The notes: generated by a model not told the origin, from the letters alone. A stretch of 64,000 nt of DNA from Verrucomicrobiota bacterium (GCA_049510745.1 JBEKYR010000007.1:32001-96000); one strand, 5' to 3'; shown: positions 18,316-28,080, numbered from the stretch's first letter. Translations and numbers: made by a program.

Positions 18316-21162
18316 ATGAAAAGAGACACGAAAAAAATCCTCAACGTCAAACTAACAGCGGCGGCTGCCGTCACGATCTTGTTGGCGGCGATGCCTTCCA
18401 CAACCCGGGCACAGGTTAACACCAATCCGGTGCCAAACCTGGCCATCAGTTGGTCCTTGGATTCTTATGGATTCGACAACGCTGTTGGTGGAAGTGGCGT
18501 ACCGGTCCCCAATACTGCGGCGGGCCTTGCTCTGGCGACCAATTGGAACGACACATGGAGTGAGAATTTCACTCACGTGAGCGGGGTTCCCCCCGTGACA
18601 GTAAATAACTTGTTTGACATAACGGGGGCCGCGACCAGCGTGAGTCTAACCTACGCTGCCTGGGGCTCGTGGTATATTGTGAACGCACACGTTGGACCGG
18701 ATGCGGATGGCTCCTACAACAGGGAGATGCTCAACGGCTTTTTGAACGCAGGCCCGGCTGCGTGGGGCCCTAACATCACTAATTCATCCCTCATCTTCAG
18801 CGGCATTCCCTATACCAATTACGACGTTGTGGTCTATATTTCTGATGACACAAGCGGCCGGAAGTTCCGAATGACGGACGGGGCCATAAATTATTATGGC
18901 AGCACAGTGGCAGCAGCCGAAATCAGCGGGGCCAACGCTTTGTTTTTACCTACGACTCAAACCAGCAACACCCGGTTTCCCAGCGCAGACTTCGCCTTCT
19001 TCCCCGGAGAAACAAACAGCGCCCCCTCTTTCAATTGCTATCCATTATCCGGTAATGACCAGTGGCTCGGCATCTCGTCGATTCAGATCATCCAGGCCTC
19101 CAACGTCTATGTGCTCTTTGGCCCAAGTCCGGTCACTCAGATAGTTCCGGTCGGCCAGCCAGCCAGTTTCAGTGTCATGGCAGGCGGTTTGACCCCTCAA
19201 TATCAGTGGCAACATGCCGGCACAAACATCCCCAATGCCACCAGCGCCACCTACTCCATCGTTGCGGCGGCGCTGGGACAGGACGGAAGCTATGATGTCA
19301 TTGTCTCCAACAGTTTCAGTGCCGTGACCAGCGCGGTGGCCACGCTGACCTTCTATACGCCGAAGACTGACACGTGGGACGGCGTTGGCTCCGCTTGGGA
19401 CACCAGTTCAACCAACTGGACCGTCAACAATGGCGTTTCAAAGACGAATTACACGGAAACAGACAATGTGGTTTTTGGCCCGCTCGGCGCCGCCCAGCCG
19501 GCCGTTTCCCTGGCCAGCACCTTCACGCCGTCTTCCATCACGGTTTCCAACGCCGCTTACACACTTGCTTCCGGCGGGCTTGCCGGCACGGGGTCTCTGC
19601 ATGTGATGAACAATGCCACGTTGATTCTGGACACGGGTGACACCAGCACCGGGCCGACGTTGATTGACAGCGGCAGCACGCTCCAACTCGACAACAACGA
19701 CGCCGCCGGCGCGCTGGGTTCCGGGCCGCTGACCAACAACGGCGCATTGGTCTTCAACAGCTCCGGCAGTTATGCCTACGGCTTTCCGATCTATGGAACC
19801 GGCAACATCACAAATCTTGGGTCCGCCAACGAAATCACCTTGGGTGCGGGTGTCAGCGCCGATTATCTTGTCCAGGCGGGCGCCGGCCAACTGCTTCTCC
19901 AAGGCAATAACAACCTGACGGGCGGGCTGGTGGTTTCCGCCGGCACGGTTTATGCGCGCGTCAACACCAGTCTGGGACAGGGCACGGTGGTGCTCAACGG
20001 GGGAATGCTTCAGCTCTATTTTGCCAATGACTTCACCGGTTCGGCCATGACGCTGGCAGGCGGTGCGTTGCAAGGCGGCCTCAACGGCAACAACAGCTAC
20101 GACGGCACGGTTTCACTGGCGGTGGATTCAGACATTGATGTTGGCGCGGGCGATACCTTCACGTTGAACAGTGCCGCCGGACTCAATGGCGCCGGCTACA
20201 ACTTCAGTATAAATGCAAGTGGGGGTGGCACGTTGATTCTGCCGGGAACCGACAATACCTGGGCCAGCGTCACCATCAACGCCGGAACGCTCCAGATTGG
20301 CAATGGCGGCAGTGGGAGCCTGGGCGCCGGCACCATTACGGACAGCGGCGCTTTGACCTTCGATGTTGCCGGAAATCTGGTCGTGACCAATCCCATCACC
20401 GGCGGGGGCGCCATCAACCAGAACGGCGCCGGCACGGTCACGTTGACGGCGGACAATAACAGCGCCGGATTCGGCGGCCCCATCAACGTCAACAGCGGGA
20501 CGCTTCTGATCAACGGGACCGGCGGGACCGGAGGCGTAAGCGTGAACGGCGGCGCCCTTGGCGGCACCGGCGCAATTGAAAGCACGGTGGTGACGTCCGC
20601 AGGCTCGACGTTGTTCGCCGGCGCCCCGGCTTCGGTGGGCACACTCGCCATTGTTGGCGGCGATCTGGACATCGGCGGCAACGTCCTGGTGAAGCTGCAC
20701 AAATCCCTGGCCCAGTCCAACGACGTGGTGACGGTGTCCGGCGCGTTGAACAACACCGGCACCGGCATCGTGAATGTCGAAAACCTGGGTCCGGCGCTGG
20801 CGCCGGGAGACAAGTTCACGATCTTCAGCAAAGCCGTTGGCGGCAATGCACTGACGGTGGCTGGCAATGGCGTGGTTTGGAACAACAATCTGGCTGCGGA
20901 CGGCTCCATTTCAGTGCAGTCCTTGGGCACCGTCAGCCATCCGACCATCCAAAGTGTTTCCTATGGTGTCACCAACGTTGTCTTCAGCGGCGCCACTGGT
21001 TATGCCTACGGCCTCTACCATGTTTTGTCCTCCACCAATCTGGCGCTGGGCAACTGGACGCTGCAGGCCGTTGGCAACTTTGACGCCAGCGGGAATTTTT
21101 CCGTGACCAACAGCATCTCCGGGGCTGCGCCGGAGACATTCTATAAGCTGCAACTGCCGTGA
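18316..21162 (+). CDS. Large secreted surface protein: N-terminal globular domain, Ig domain, autotransporter-associated beta-strand repeats, C-terminal FYK domain
   Basis: Signal peptide (..TTRA|Q); YQWQHAGTNIP..DGSYDVIVSN Ig; repeats such as GAGTVTLTADN, TINAGTLQIGNGG; no beta-barrel. Confidence 0.85.
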   Translation: MKRDTKKILNVKLTAAAAVTILLAAMPSTTRAQVNTNPVPNLAISWSLDSYGFDNAVGGSGVPVPNTAAGLALATNWNDTWSENFTHVSGVPPVTVNNLFDITGAATSVSLTYAAWGSWYIVNAHVGPDADGSYNREMLNGFLNAGPAAWGPNITNSSLIFSGIPYTNYDVVVYISDDTSGRKFRMTDGAINYYGSTVAAAEISGANALFLPTTQTSNTRFPSADFAFFPGETNSAPSFNCYPLSGNDQWLGISSIQIIQASNVYVLFGPSPVTQIVPVGQPASFSVMAGGLTPQYQWQHAGTNIPNATSATYSIVAAALGQDGSYDVIVSNSFSAVTSAVATLTFYTPKTDTWDGVGSAWDTSSTNWTVNNGVSKTNYTETDNVVFGPLGAAQPAVSLASTFTPSSITVSNAAYTLASGGLAGTGSLHVMNNATLILDTGDTSTGPTLIDSGSTLQLDNNDAAGALGSGPLTNNGALVFNSSGSYAYGFPIYGTGNITNLGSANEITLGAGVSADYLVQAGAGQLLLQGNNNLTGGLVVSAGTVYARVNTSLGQGTVVLNGGMLQLYFANDFTGSAMTLAGGALQGGLNGNNSYDGTVSLAVDSDIDVGAGDTFTLNSAAGLNGAGYNFSINASGGGTLILPGTDNTWASVTINAGTLQIGNGGSGSLGAGTITDSGALTFDVAGNLVVTNPITGGGAINQNGAGTVTLTADNNSAGFGGPINVNSGTLLINGTGGTGGVSVNGGALGGTGAIESTVVTSAGSTLFAGAPASVGTLAIVGGDLDIGGNVLVKLHKSLAQSNDVVTVSGALNNTGTGIVNVENLGPALAPGDKFTIFSKAVGGNALTVAGNGVVWNNNLAADGSISVQSLGTVSHPTIQSVSYGVTNVVFSGATGYAYGLYHVLSSTNLALGNWTLQAVGNFDASGNFSVTNSISGAAPETFYKLQLP

Positions 21163-21196
21163 CGGGTCTGGCGGTTCTACAGTGACGGGTTCAGAC

Positions 21197-21228
21197 GACC
21201 GGAGCCTGAAACTCCGGTTGTTTTTTTT
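21197..21228 (+). terminator. Rho-independent terminator
   Basis: ACCGGAG-CCTGAAA-CTCCGGT stem followed by T8. Confidence 0.85.
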
Positions 21229-21289
21229 AAATCCAGAGCGAAATTGATGTCGTCATTTTTCAGGGGAACCGGTAGGGTGCGGCATCCAA

Positions 21290-21847
21290 ATGAGCGAGAT
21301 TACGTTGGTGCTGGAGGGGATTGGGCGGGGCGACAAGCAGGCTTCCGAAGACCTCCTGCCGCTGGTGTATGGAGAGCTGCGACGGCTGGCCGCCGCCAAA
21401 ATGGCCAGGGAGGCGGAGGGACAAACCATCCAGCCGACGGAACTGGTTCATGAGGCCTGGCTGCGCCTGGTTGGCGACGCGGCCCAAACCTGGCAAAACC
21501 GCAACCACTTCCTGGGCGCCGCCGCCGAGGCGATGCGCCGCATTTTGGTGGACCGCGCGCGGCGCAAATCCGCCGTCCGGCACGGCGGCGGCCAGTTCCG
21601 GCTCGACATCGAAGGGCTGGACCTGGCCGCGGCCGGGGCCGACGACAAAATCCTGCTGGTGGACGAGGCCTTGGAACAACTGCGCGAGGAGGACCCGGAA
21701 AAAGCGCGCATTGTCACGTTGAAATTCTTTGGCGGCTTGACCAACCAGGAAATCGCGGCCCATCTCAACCTGGGCGAGCGCACGGTCGAGCGCCAGTGGT
21801 CTTTCGCCAAGGCCTGGCTGCTGCGGGCCATCCGCGCGCGAAGCTGA
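21290..21847 (+). CDS. ECF sigma factor, TIGR02999-like (STK-associated)
   Basis: LLPLVYGELRRLA, TIQPTELVHEAWLRL, AAEAMRRILVDRAR, TVERQWSFAKAWL. Confidence 0.93.
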   Translation: MSEITLVLEGIGRGDKQASEDLLPLVYGELRRLAAAKMAREAEGQTIQPTELVHEAWLRLVGDAAQTWQNRNHFLGAAAEAMRRILVDRARRKSAVRHGGGQFRLDIEGLDLAAAGADDKILLVDEALEQLREEDPEKARIVTLKFFGGLTNQEIAAHLNLGERTVERQWSFAKAWLLRAIRARS

Positions 21848-21867
21848 CACGACAAAGCGGCGTTCCG

Positions 21868-21894
21868 TGACGGGTTAAGCGGGCTATTTTCGCA
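21868..21894 (+). promoter_or_regulatory. Putative ECF promoter TGACGGG-N16-CGCA upstream of the kinase
   Basis: Ends 21 bp before the kinase ATG; matches two copies upstream of the 18316 gene. Confidence 0.55.
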
Positions 21895-21915
21895 TATAAT
21901 ACATGACGTAGCGCG

Positions 21916-24900
21916 ATGAACGGGAACCTGCAACGAGAAGAAGCCCTCTTCCATGAAGCCATTCAGTTGGCCGATCCCCTTCGGCGCAAACTATTCCTCG
22001 ACCGCGCTTGCGCGGGCGACCCGATTCTGCGCGCGGGGGTGGAGGAATTGCTGGCGGCGCATGCCTTGGGAGAAGAGTTTTTTGACGGGGAAGGCTCGGC
22101 GTTCAGTTGGTCCGGAGGGCGCGTTGGCTCTTCCGCGCCCGCCAACAGAGATTCTTCCGTGAAATCTCCGGTCGAGGAACAGCCCGGAACGAAAATCGGC
22201 TGTTACAAGCTGCTGGAAAAAATCGGCGAGGGCGGGTGCGGCGTCGTCTATATGGTCGAGCAGACCGAACCGGTCCGCCGCCGCGTGGCGCTGAAAATCA
22301 TCAAGCTGGGCATGGACACCAAGAACGTCATCGCCCGCTTTGAGGCCGAGCGGCAAGCCTTGGCGCTGATGGAGCATCCCAACATAGCGCGGGTCCTGGA
22401 CGCCGGAGCCACGGAAACCGGACGGCCGTATTTCGTGATGGAACTGGTGCATGGGGTCAAGCTCACGGAGTATTGCGACCAGCACCATTTGGACACCCGG
22501 CAGCGCCTGGACCTGTTCGTGCAGATTTGCCATGCCCTTCAGCACGCTCATCAGAAGGGCGTCATTCACCGCGATATCAAGCCGTCGAACATATTGGTGA
22601 CGCTGCACGACGGCGTGCCGGTTCCGAAGGTGATTGATTTCGGCATCGCCAAGGCGACGGCGGAGCAACTGACCGACAAGACCTTGTTCACCGGCTACGG
22701 CAACTTCATCGGCACCCCGGCCTACATGAGCCCGGAACAGGCCGAGATGAGCGGCCTGGACGTGGACACGCGGAGCGACATTTACAGTCTGGGCGTGTTG
22801 CTCTACGAATTGCTGACCAGCAAAACGCCCTTTGACGGAAAAAAACTGTTGGAGAGCGGCCTTTTCGAAATGCGGCGCACGCTTTGCGAAACGGATCCGC
22901 AGCGGCCCTCGACCATGCTCGCGGCTTTGGACCATTCCGAATTAACGATCACGGCCGAGCGGCGCCACGCCGATCCGCCCAGATTGATTTCGCAACTGCG
23001 CGGAGATTTGGACTGGATCGTGATGAAAGCCCTGGAGAAAGATCGCCGTCGCCGCTATGAAACCGCCAACGGCCTGGCGCTGGATGTCCAGCGCTATCTG
23101 AACAACGAACCCATCCTGGCCCGCCCGCCCAGCCGTTCGTACCGCTTTCAAAAACTGGTTTACCGCAACAAAGTGGTCTTCGCCGCCGGCGCTGCGGTGG
23201 CGCTGGCCCTGATCCTCGGTTTTGGAACCTCCACCTGGCTCTTTTTCCGCGAAAGAGACGCCGAGCAGAAACAGTCGCGCCTGCGCCAGGAAGCCGAGCA
23301 AACCAGCGCCCGGGAAATGGAACTGCGGCGGCAGGCAGAACTCCGCGAGAAGATTACGCAGGCGTCTTTTGCCCTCAGCCAGGATCGGATGGAGGACGCG
23401 GACCAGGCAATCATCCAGGTTTCCAATGTGCCGCCTTCGCTGGAAAGCGCGGCCGTGTTTCGACGGCTGGGCGAGTGGCATGCGCTTGCGGGACGTTGGA
23501 AACAAGCTGCTGAACGATTTGCCACCTTGCTCAGCGTCAATCGGTTTGACGGCTGGGATGCGGCGGCGTCGGACGCGCTCAAGTGCGCGGCGGCCCTGGC
23601 GGAATTGGGCAACCTGGATGCGTACGACCGTTTTCGTGAAGCCCTGGTGGACCGCTTTGCCGCCAGTTCCAATCAGACGGCATCCGACCGGATGGTGAAG
23701 GCGGCCCTGATTCTGCCGGCCACCGATCGCTTTCTTCAGACGTTGCAGCCGCTGGTTGATACCATCACCTCGAAGATACCGCCCGCCATTCGCGCCCAGC
23801 CTCCCGCCGAGGTGTTGCATCCCGCCGCCGCCGAATCCAGCTCCAGCGCGCGGCCTGCCCTGGTCGATGTCTCCAGTTTTGACGGGCGCGCCATCGGAGT
23901 GGACTTCGGGGAAGCGGTTGACTTCGCCAGCGCCACCAACCCTGCCAACTATCTTGTTCCAGGAACGACCGTGACCAACGTCACGCTAGGCGCGGACAGC
24001 CTATCGGTGACCCTCTGGCTGGCATCACCGCTCGACGGACAATTCACCGTGCGGGTTGACAATGTCAAGGATGCGTCCGGAGACCGGGTTTTGCCCGCGG
24101 CAACAGCGACGAACTCCGTGCCGAACTTGAATTGGTGGGTCAGCGGAAACGCCAGCAACCAACCCAGCTCGGTGGCTTACAGCGGCAATACCGCCACCAT
24201 TGTGGCCGGTGGATCGGACGTGTGGCTTCATGGCGACAACTTCGTCTTCCAGTATCGATTGGAGACCAACGACTTTGATTGCCGCCTGCGCGTGCAATCG
24301 GTCGCGGACACCGACGGCACAGGCTTTGCGCGCACCGGCTTAATGGTGCGAGATTCATTGACGGACATCAACGGGCACATGATGATGGTCCAGAAAAACG
24401 CGGGGCCGAACGCCGGGAACAATAACATCGATTCCTTTGAAGTGACCCTGCGGTTTATTGCCGACCATCCCGAAACCACCTTCAGCGCGCCTCCCAATCC
24501 CCTGCCGGCGGCTTACGGTTCGAACTCGTGGCTCCGTCTGCGCCGATCCGGGACAAGATTTGCCGCCTATGTGTCCAGCAACAGCGTGGACTGGGCGCAA
24601 CTGATCGAAAGCGACGGCGCATCCCATGGCGACAAGACGTTTACGAACAACGTCCTTTTTTTCGGCATCGCTACCAGCGCCCACAGCACGGACGCCACTA
24701 CCAAAGCTGTCGTCAGCGGGCTGGGCGCGGTCCCTGCCACGCCGGTCAAAATCATCGCCCAGCCGGCGGCTTCTGTGGCATGGAATCAAGGCGCTCCCGG
24801 CGCCCTCAAACTGGTCGCCACGGGCGATTCGGTGTCCTGCCAATGGCGCCTCAACGGCGTGGACATTCCCGGGGCCACCGACGCCGCCTATCTTGTGCCC

Positions 24901-26286
24901 GCCGCACGGCTGTCGGACGCCGGAGTTTATTCAACGCTTGTTTACAACAACGTCAACGCGCTCGTCAGCTCCCCTATCAGCGTCACCGTTTCCAAAGACA
25001 CCACCCCCCCCTTCATCACCGACATCGTCAGTTACGATGGCCTCAGCGTGAAGGTGGAATACAACAAGGTGATGGATTCCGCCACGGCGGCCAACCCCGC
25101 CAACTATCGCGTCAATGGCTCCCCGGTCGCCGCGGCCGATTTCGCGCCCGGCGGCCGATCGGTCGTTCTGCGGCTTGGCCAGCCCATCGATGGCCAGGTG
25201 GAGGCCACGGTCAGCAACGTAAAAGACTTTTCCTTGAACACCATCGTTCCAGAGACCAAAGCCGTTGGCTCCGTGTTGCCTCTGCAACTCTTGGCCCTCG
25301 GAGACGCGTCCCTGCAGCCGTATTCAGTTTCTTACAGCGGAGACAGGGTTTCCATCGTCGCGGGCGGATCGGATGTCAGCGGGGGCGGCGACAATCTGGT
25401 TTATCAATATCTGGTGGTGACCAACGACTTCGACTTTCGTTTGCGCGTCCAATCCGTTTCGGGCGGCGGCGGTATGTTTGCCCGATCCGGCTTGATGGCT
25501 CGCGATTCGTTTCGCGACACGTCCAGCCACCAAGTCATGGTCGCCGTCAACGCGGGAAACACGTTTCAAACCATTGCCCGCACCATGACCGGATCCATTC
25601 AAACCCAAAGTCAGCCGCCCAACCCGCTGCCGTCGTCCTTTGGCTCGAATTCCTGGGTCCGGCTGCAGCGGGTCGGAACCATTTTCCGGACCTACTACGG
25701 CGACAACGGGGTGGACTGGACGTCGCTGTATCAGTTCGACAGCGCGGCGGATGCCGACGGACCGTTTGCCAATCCCCTCTATTTGGGCATCGCCACTTCC
25801 TCGTGGAGCGCCAGAAAGACCGCCACAGCCGTGGTGAGCGATTTTGGGGTGACTCAAACCACCCCCGTCAGCGCCACGATCTCGCTGGCGTTGATTGACT
25901 ACCGCCGGAAGAACTATGCCCAAGCCATGGAATGGTGCCGTCGCTGTCTGGCTGATCCTGACTATCAGGCGGCCCGCATCGCCACCGCGCGGGCCATCCT
26001 GGCGATGTGCTGCTTCCGGCTCAATCAGATGGCGGAGGCGCGTTCCGAATTGGCCGAGAGCCGCGAGATCATCCGGGGCAGATTCGCCGCCGGTCTTAAC
26101 GCCGGCAACGCCACCTACGGTTATTGGTTCGATTGGGTTTCAGCCCGCATCCTTCTGCGCGAAGCGGCGGCGCTCATCGAAGAGCGGGAGAAGGGTCTCA
26201 CCCAGAATTCCCGTGGTTCGCAAAGTGAGATCACCCCGGGGGGAGACCTGCCCGTTGCCACTGCGATTCAAAAAAGGAGGATTTAA
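21916..26286 (+). CDS. Transmembrane Ser/Thr protein kinase with helical-repeat region interrupted by duplicated Ig/lectin-like modules
   Basis: IGEGGCGVVY, VALK, HRDIKPSN, DFG, GTPAYMSPEQ; TM VVFAAGAAVALALILGFGTSTWLFF; two homologous SATNPANY...GGSDV...DN.V.QY..TNDFD.RLRVQSV...PNPLP...GSNSW.RL.R modules. Confidence 0.93.
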   Translation: MNGNLQREEALFHEAIQLADPLRRKLFLDRACAGDPILRAGVEELLAAHALGEEFFDGEGSAFSWSGGRVGSSAPANRDSSVKSPVEEQPGTKIGCYKLLEKIGEGGCGVVYMVEQTEPVRRRVALKIIKLGMDTKNVIARFEAERQALALMEHPNIARVLDAGATETGRPYFVMELVHGVKLTEYCDQHHLDTRQRLDLFVQICHALQHAHQKGVIHRDIKPSNILVTLHDGVPVPKVIDFGIAKATAEQLTDKTLFTGYGNFIGTPAYMSPEQAEMSGLDVDTRSDIYSLGVLLYELLTSKTPFDGKKLLESGLFEMRRTLCETDPQRPSTMLAALDHSELTITAERRHADPPRLISQLRGDLDWIVMKALEKDRRRRYETANGLALDVQRYLNNEPILARPPSRSYRFQKLVYRNKVVFAAGAAVALALILGFGTSTWLFFRERDAEQKQSRLRQEAEQTSAREMELRRQAELREKITQASFALSQDRMEDADQAIIQVSNVPPSLESAAVFRRLGEWHALAGRWKQAAERFATLLSVNRFDGWDAAASDALKCAAALAELGNLDAYDRFREALVDRFAASSNQTASDRMVKAALILPATDRFLQTLQPLVDTITSKIPPAIRAQPPAEVLHPAAAESSSSARPALVDVSSFDGRAIGVDFGEAVDFASATNPANYLVPGTTVTNVTLGADSLSVTLWLASPLDGQFTVRVDNVKDASGDRVLPAATATNSVPNLNWWVSGNASNQPSSVAYSGNTATIVAGGSDVWLHGDNFVFQYRLETNDFDCRLRVQSVADTDGTGFARTGLMVRDSLTDINGHMMMVQKNAGPNAGNNNIDSFEVTLRFIADHPETTFSAPPNPLPAAYGSNSWLRLRRSGTRFAAYVSSNSVDWAQLIESDGASHGDKTFTNNVLFFGIATSAHSTDATTKAVVSGLGAVPATPVKIIAQPAASVAWNQGAPGALKLVATGDSVSCQWRLNGVDIPGATDAAYLVPAARLSDAGVYSTLVYNNVNALVSSPISVTVSKDTTPPFITDIVSYDGLSVKVEYNKVMDSATAANPANYRVNGSPVAAADFAPGGRSVVLRLGQPIDGQVEATVSNVKDFSLNTIVPETKAVGSVLPLQLLALGDASLQPYSVSYSGDRVSIVAGGSDVSGGGDNLVYQYLVVTNDFDFRLRVQSVSGGGGMFARSGLMARDSFRDTSSHQVMVAVNAGNTFQTIARTMTGSIQTQSQPPNPLPSSFGSNSWVRLQRVGTIFRTYYGDNGVDWTSLYQFDSAADADGPFANPLYLGIATSSWSARKTATAVVSDFGVTQTTPVSATISLALIDYRRKNYAQAMEWCRRCLADPDYQAARIATARAILAMCCFRLNQMAEARSELAESREIIRGRFAAGLNAGNATYGYWFDWVSARILLREAAALIEEREKGLTQNSRGSQSEITPGGDLPVATAIQKRRI

Positions 26287-26364
26287 CCGCATAAAGGGCA
26301 AAGAACACAGAGAGAGGAACTTATGTCTTTTTCTTTGCTTGTCCGCCGAAGCCTTATAGGTAAT

Positions 26365-26435
26365 CCAAAGTTATTCATCGGCGGCAAGGTGAGCGCAACG
26401 AATTCAGCACCGCAGCCGACGGTGAATAACTTTGG
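26365..26435. repeat. 71-bp element bounded by 21-bp imperfect inverted repeats
   Basis: CCAAAGTTATTCATCGGCGGC vs rc of GCCGACGGTGAATAACTTTGG (19/21 identical). Confidence 0.75.
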
Positions 26436-26667
26436 GGCGGCTCTACCGCACTGGGCTCTGTTGCGGCCATTTCATCTTCGGCTGTTTTGCGGTTTTCTGC
26501 CACTGACCTCCAGGCCCCCTGTTCGAAAAATAAGAAGGTCAAAGCCAAGCCCAACGACCCAGGCTGCGCCGGAGGCTTCGCCGAGGCGAGACCTTCGACC
26601 GCAGAGCCGGCGAGCTGAATGGCTCGCTACCGGTTCTGCTCGTTTTATTGTGCTGCTGACACGCGCA

Positions 26668-26991
26668 ATGAATGCAATTATCACAGTGGGGGGCGCCTTC
26701 GTGGTGCTGCTGGTGGCGATGATCGCATTGGTCCTGGTCGCGAGAGCTACGAAGTGGAAACCCAAACCGGTTAAGCCGATTTGCGGAATATTGGCGATAT
26801 GCGCAACAGTTCTTTCGGCTGGTGTCGTGTGCAGCATCGCCGGGAACGACATTCACATACTTTACTGGTGGCTTGTGGGCATTCCGATAGCTGCTGTTGT
26901 CTTTCCCGTCTGCTTTGCGGTGGCAAACTTGTCCGTCCGATTATTACGCACCTGTTGTTATTTCGTGGCGAAATGGCGCCGGAAAAACTGA
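26668..26991 (+). CDS. Small hypothetical membrane protein (about 3 TM)
   Basis: 107 aa, three hydrophobic stretches, basic C-terminus; AT-richer codon use. Confidence 0.55.
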   Translation: MNAIITVGGAFVVLLVAMIALVLVARATKWKPKPVKPICGILAICATVLSAGVVCSIAGNDIHILYWWLVGIPIAAVVFPVCFAVANLSVRLLRTCCYFVAKWRRKN

Positions 26992-27178
26992 TTCGCACGG
27001 ATTCCGACGTTGCGGCCGCGGATATGAAGAAAATGGGAAGCGTCTTGCTTGCATCAAGAAACCCGATAAGGATTAACCATTCAGAGTGGCCGGTTGAAGT
27101 GACCGGTGACACCAGCCTGACCCCTTTGACGGGTCAGCGGCGGCAGAGCGCCGTCCGCCGCAACCGGTTGCACGGCGG

Positions 27179-27982
27179 TCATTTCTTTCCAACGGCCTTG
27201 AAAAAGGTGTAGCAGAAGACGCCATCCGAGGCGGCAGTCCGGTACAAGTCCCTGATGCCCTTGTCGAAGACGTCTTGCGCAATTATTCCCGCCTTGATGG
27301 CCGAGGCGCGGACACCTTCAATCATGGCCGTGAACGTATTCTTGGTGAACCCTTCAACCAGTTGCGGCTTGCTGGAATCAACATAGACCATTCGAGGAGA
27401 GACGCGGATTGAGCGATAGCCCGCCTTGCACAGCAGTGGATAAAGCTCTCTGCCGACCATGGCGTTGCCGCCTGCCCGCCGCTGTAGTTCAACCTGACAC
27501 TGAATCGCCTGGCGGGCGGCTTCACTGTCGGGATAAAAATAGACGGAGCCGTGGTCCCCTTCGATGACCGTGATGGTGCCGCCTTGGCGCAAGTGCTTTT
27601 TCAGTCTGCGCAGCGCCTCGACGGGCCGCGGGAGATGTTCCAGGACAAAACAAACGAAAATGTGGTCGAAGGAGGCCGCCCGGAAGGGCAAATGGAGGAG
27701 GTCCGCTTGTTGACATTGAACATTGCCCAGACCTGCCGCCGCGACTTTTCGCCTGGCTTCAGCGACCGACGCCCCGGATATATCCACAGAAGTGATGAAC
27801 GCATCCGGACTGTTCCTGGCCAGGGTGATGGTCTGCGCGCCGACGCCGCAACCGGCTTCCAGAACACGGCTTCCCGCCGGGTAGGCGGTGTCGGCGTGCA
27901 ATAGCTCGACCAGTGTGGAGGCTTGGTCCTGCAGGCGCAGATTTTCCCGATGATGATAGCCGTGGACGTACGCCTTATTCAT
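27179..27982 (-). CDS. Class I SAM-dependent methyltransferase
   Basis: VLEAGCGVG, SVDIS, FDHIFVCFVLEH, IEGDHGS. Confidence 0.92.
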   Translation of the reverse strand: MNKAYVHGYHHRENLRLQDQASTLVELLHADTAYPAGSRVLEAGCGVGAQTITLARNSPDAFITSVDISGASVAEARRKVAAAGLGNVQCQQADLLHLPFRAASFDHIFVCFVLEHLPRPVEALRRLKKHLRQGGTITVIEGDHGSVYFYPDSEAARQAIQCQVELQRRAGGNAMVGRELYPLLCKAGYRSIRVSPRMVYVDSSKPQLVEGFTKNTFTAMIEGVRASAIKAGIIAQDVFDKGIRDLYRTAASDGVFCYTFFKAVGKK

Positions 27983-28080
27983 GCTTCCTGTTTCCTGCCA
28001 GACGATAGACGCCAGCCGCGCCCGGCCACAAGAGCAGAACCGCGGCCGCAGCCATCCCGGAGGTGGATGGCAATGGGCGA

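Noticed and set aside
21160..21189. Two extra TGACGGG heptamers (and TGGCGGG at 18013)
   Set aside because: No CGCA at N16 spacing, so not counted as promoter copies
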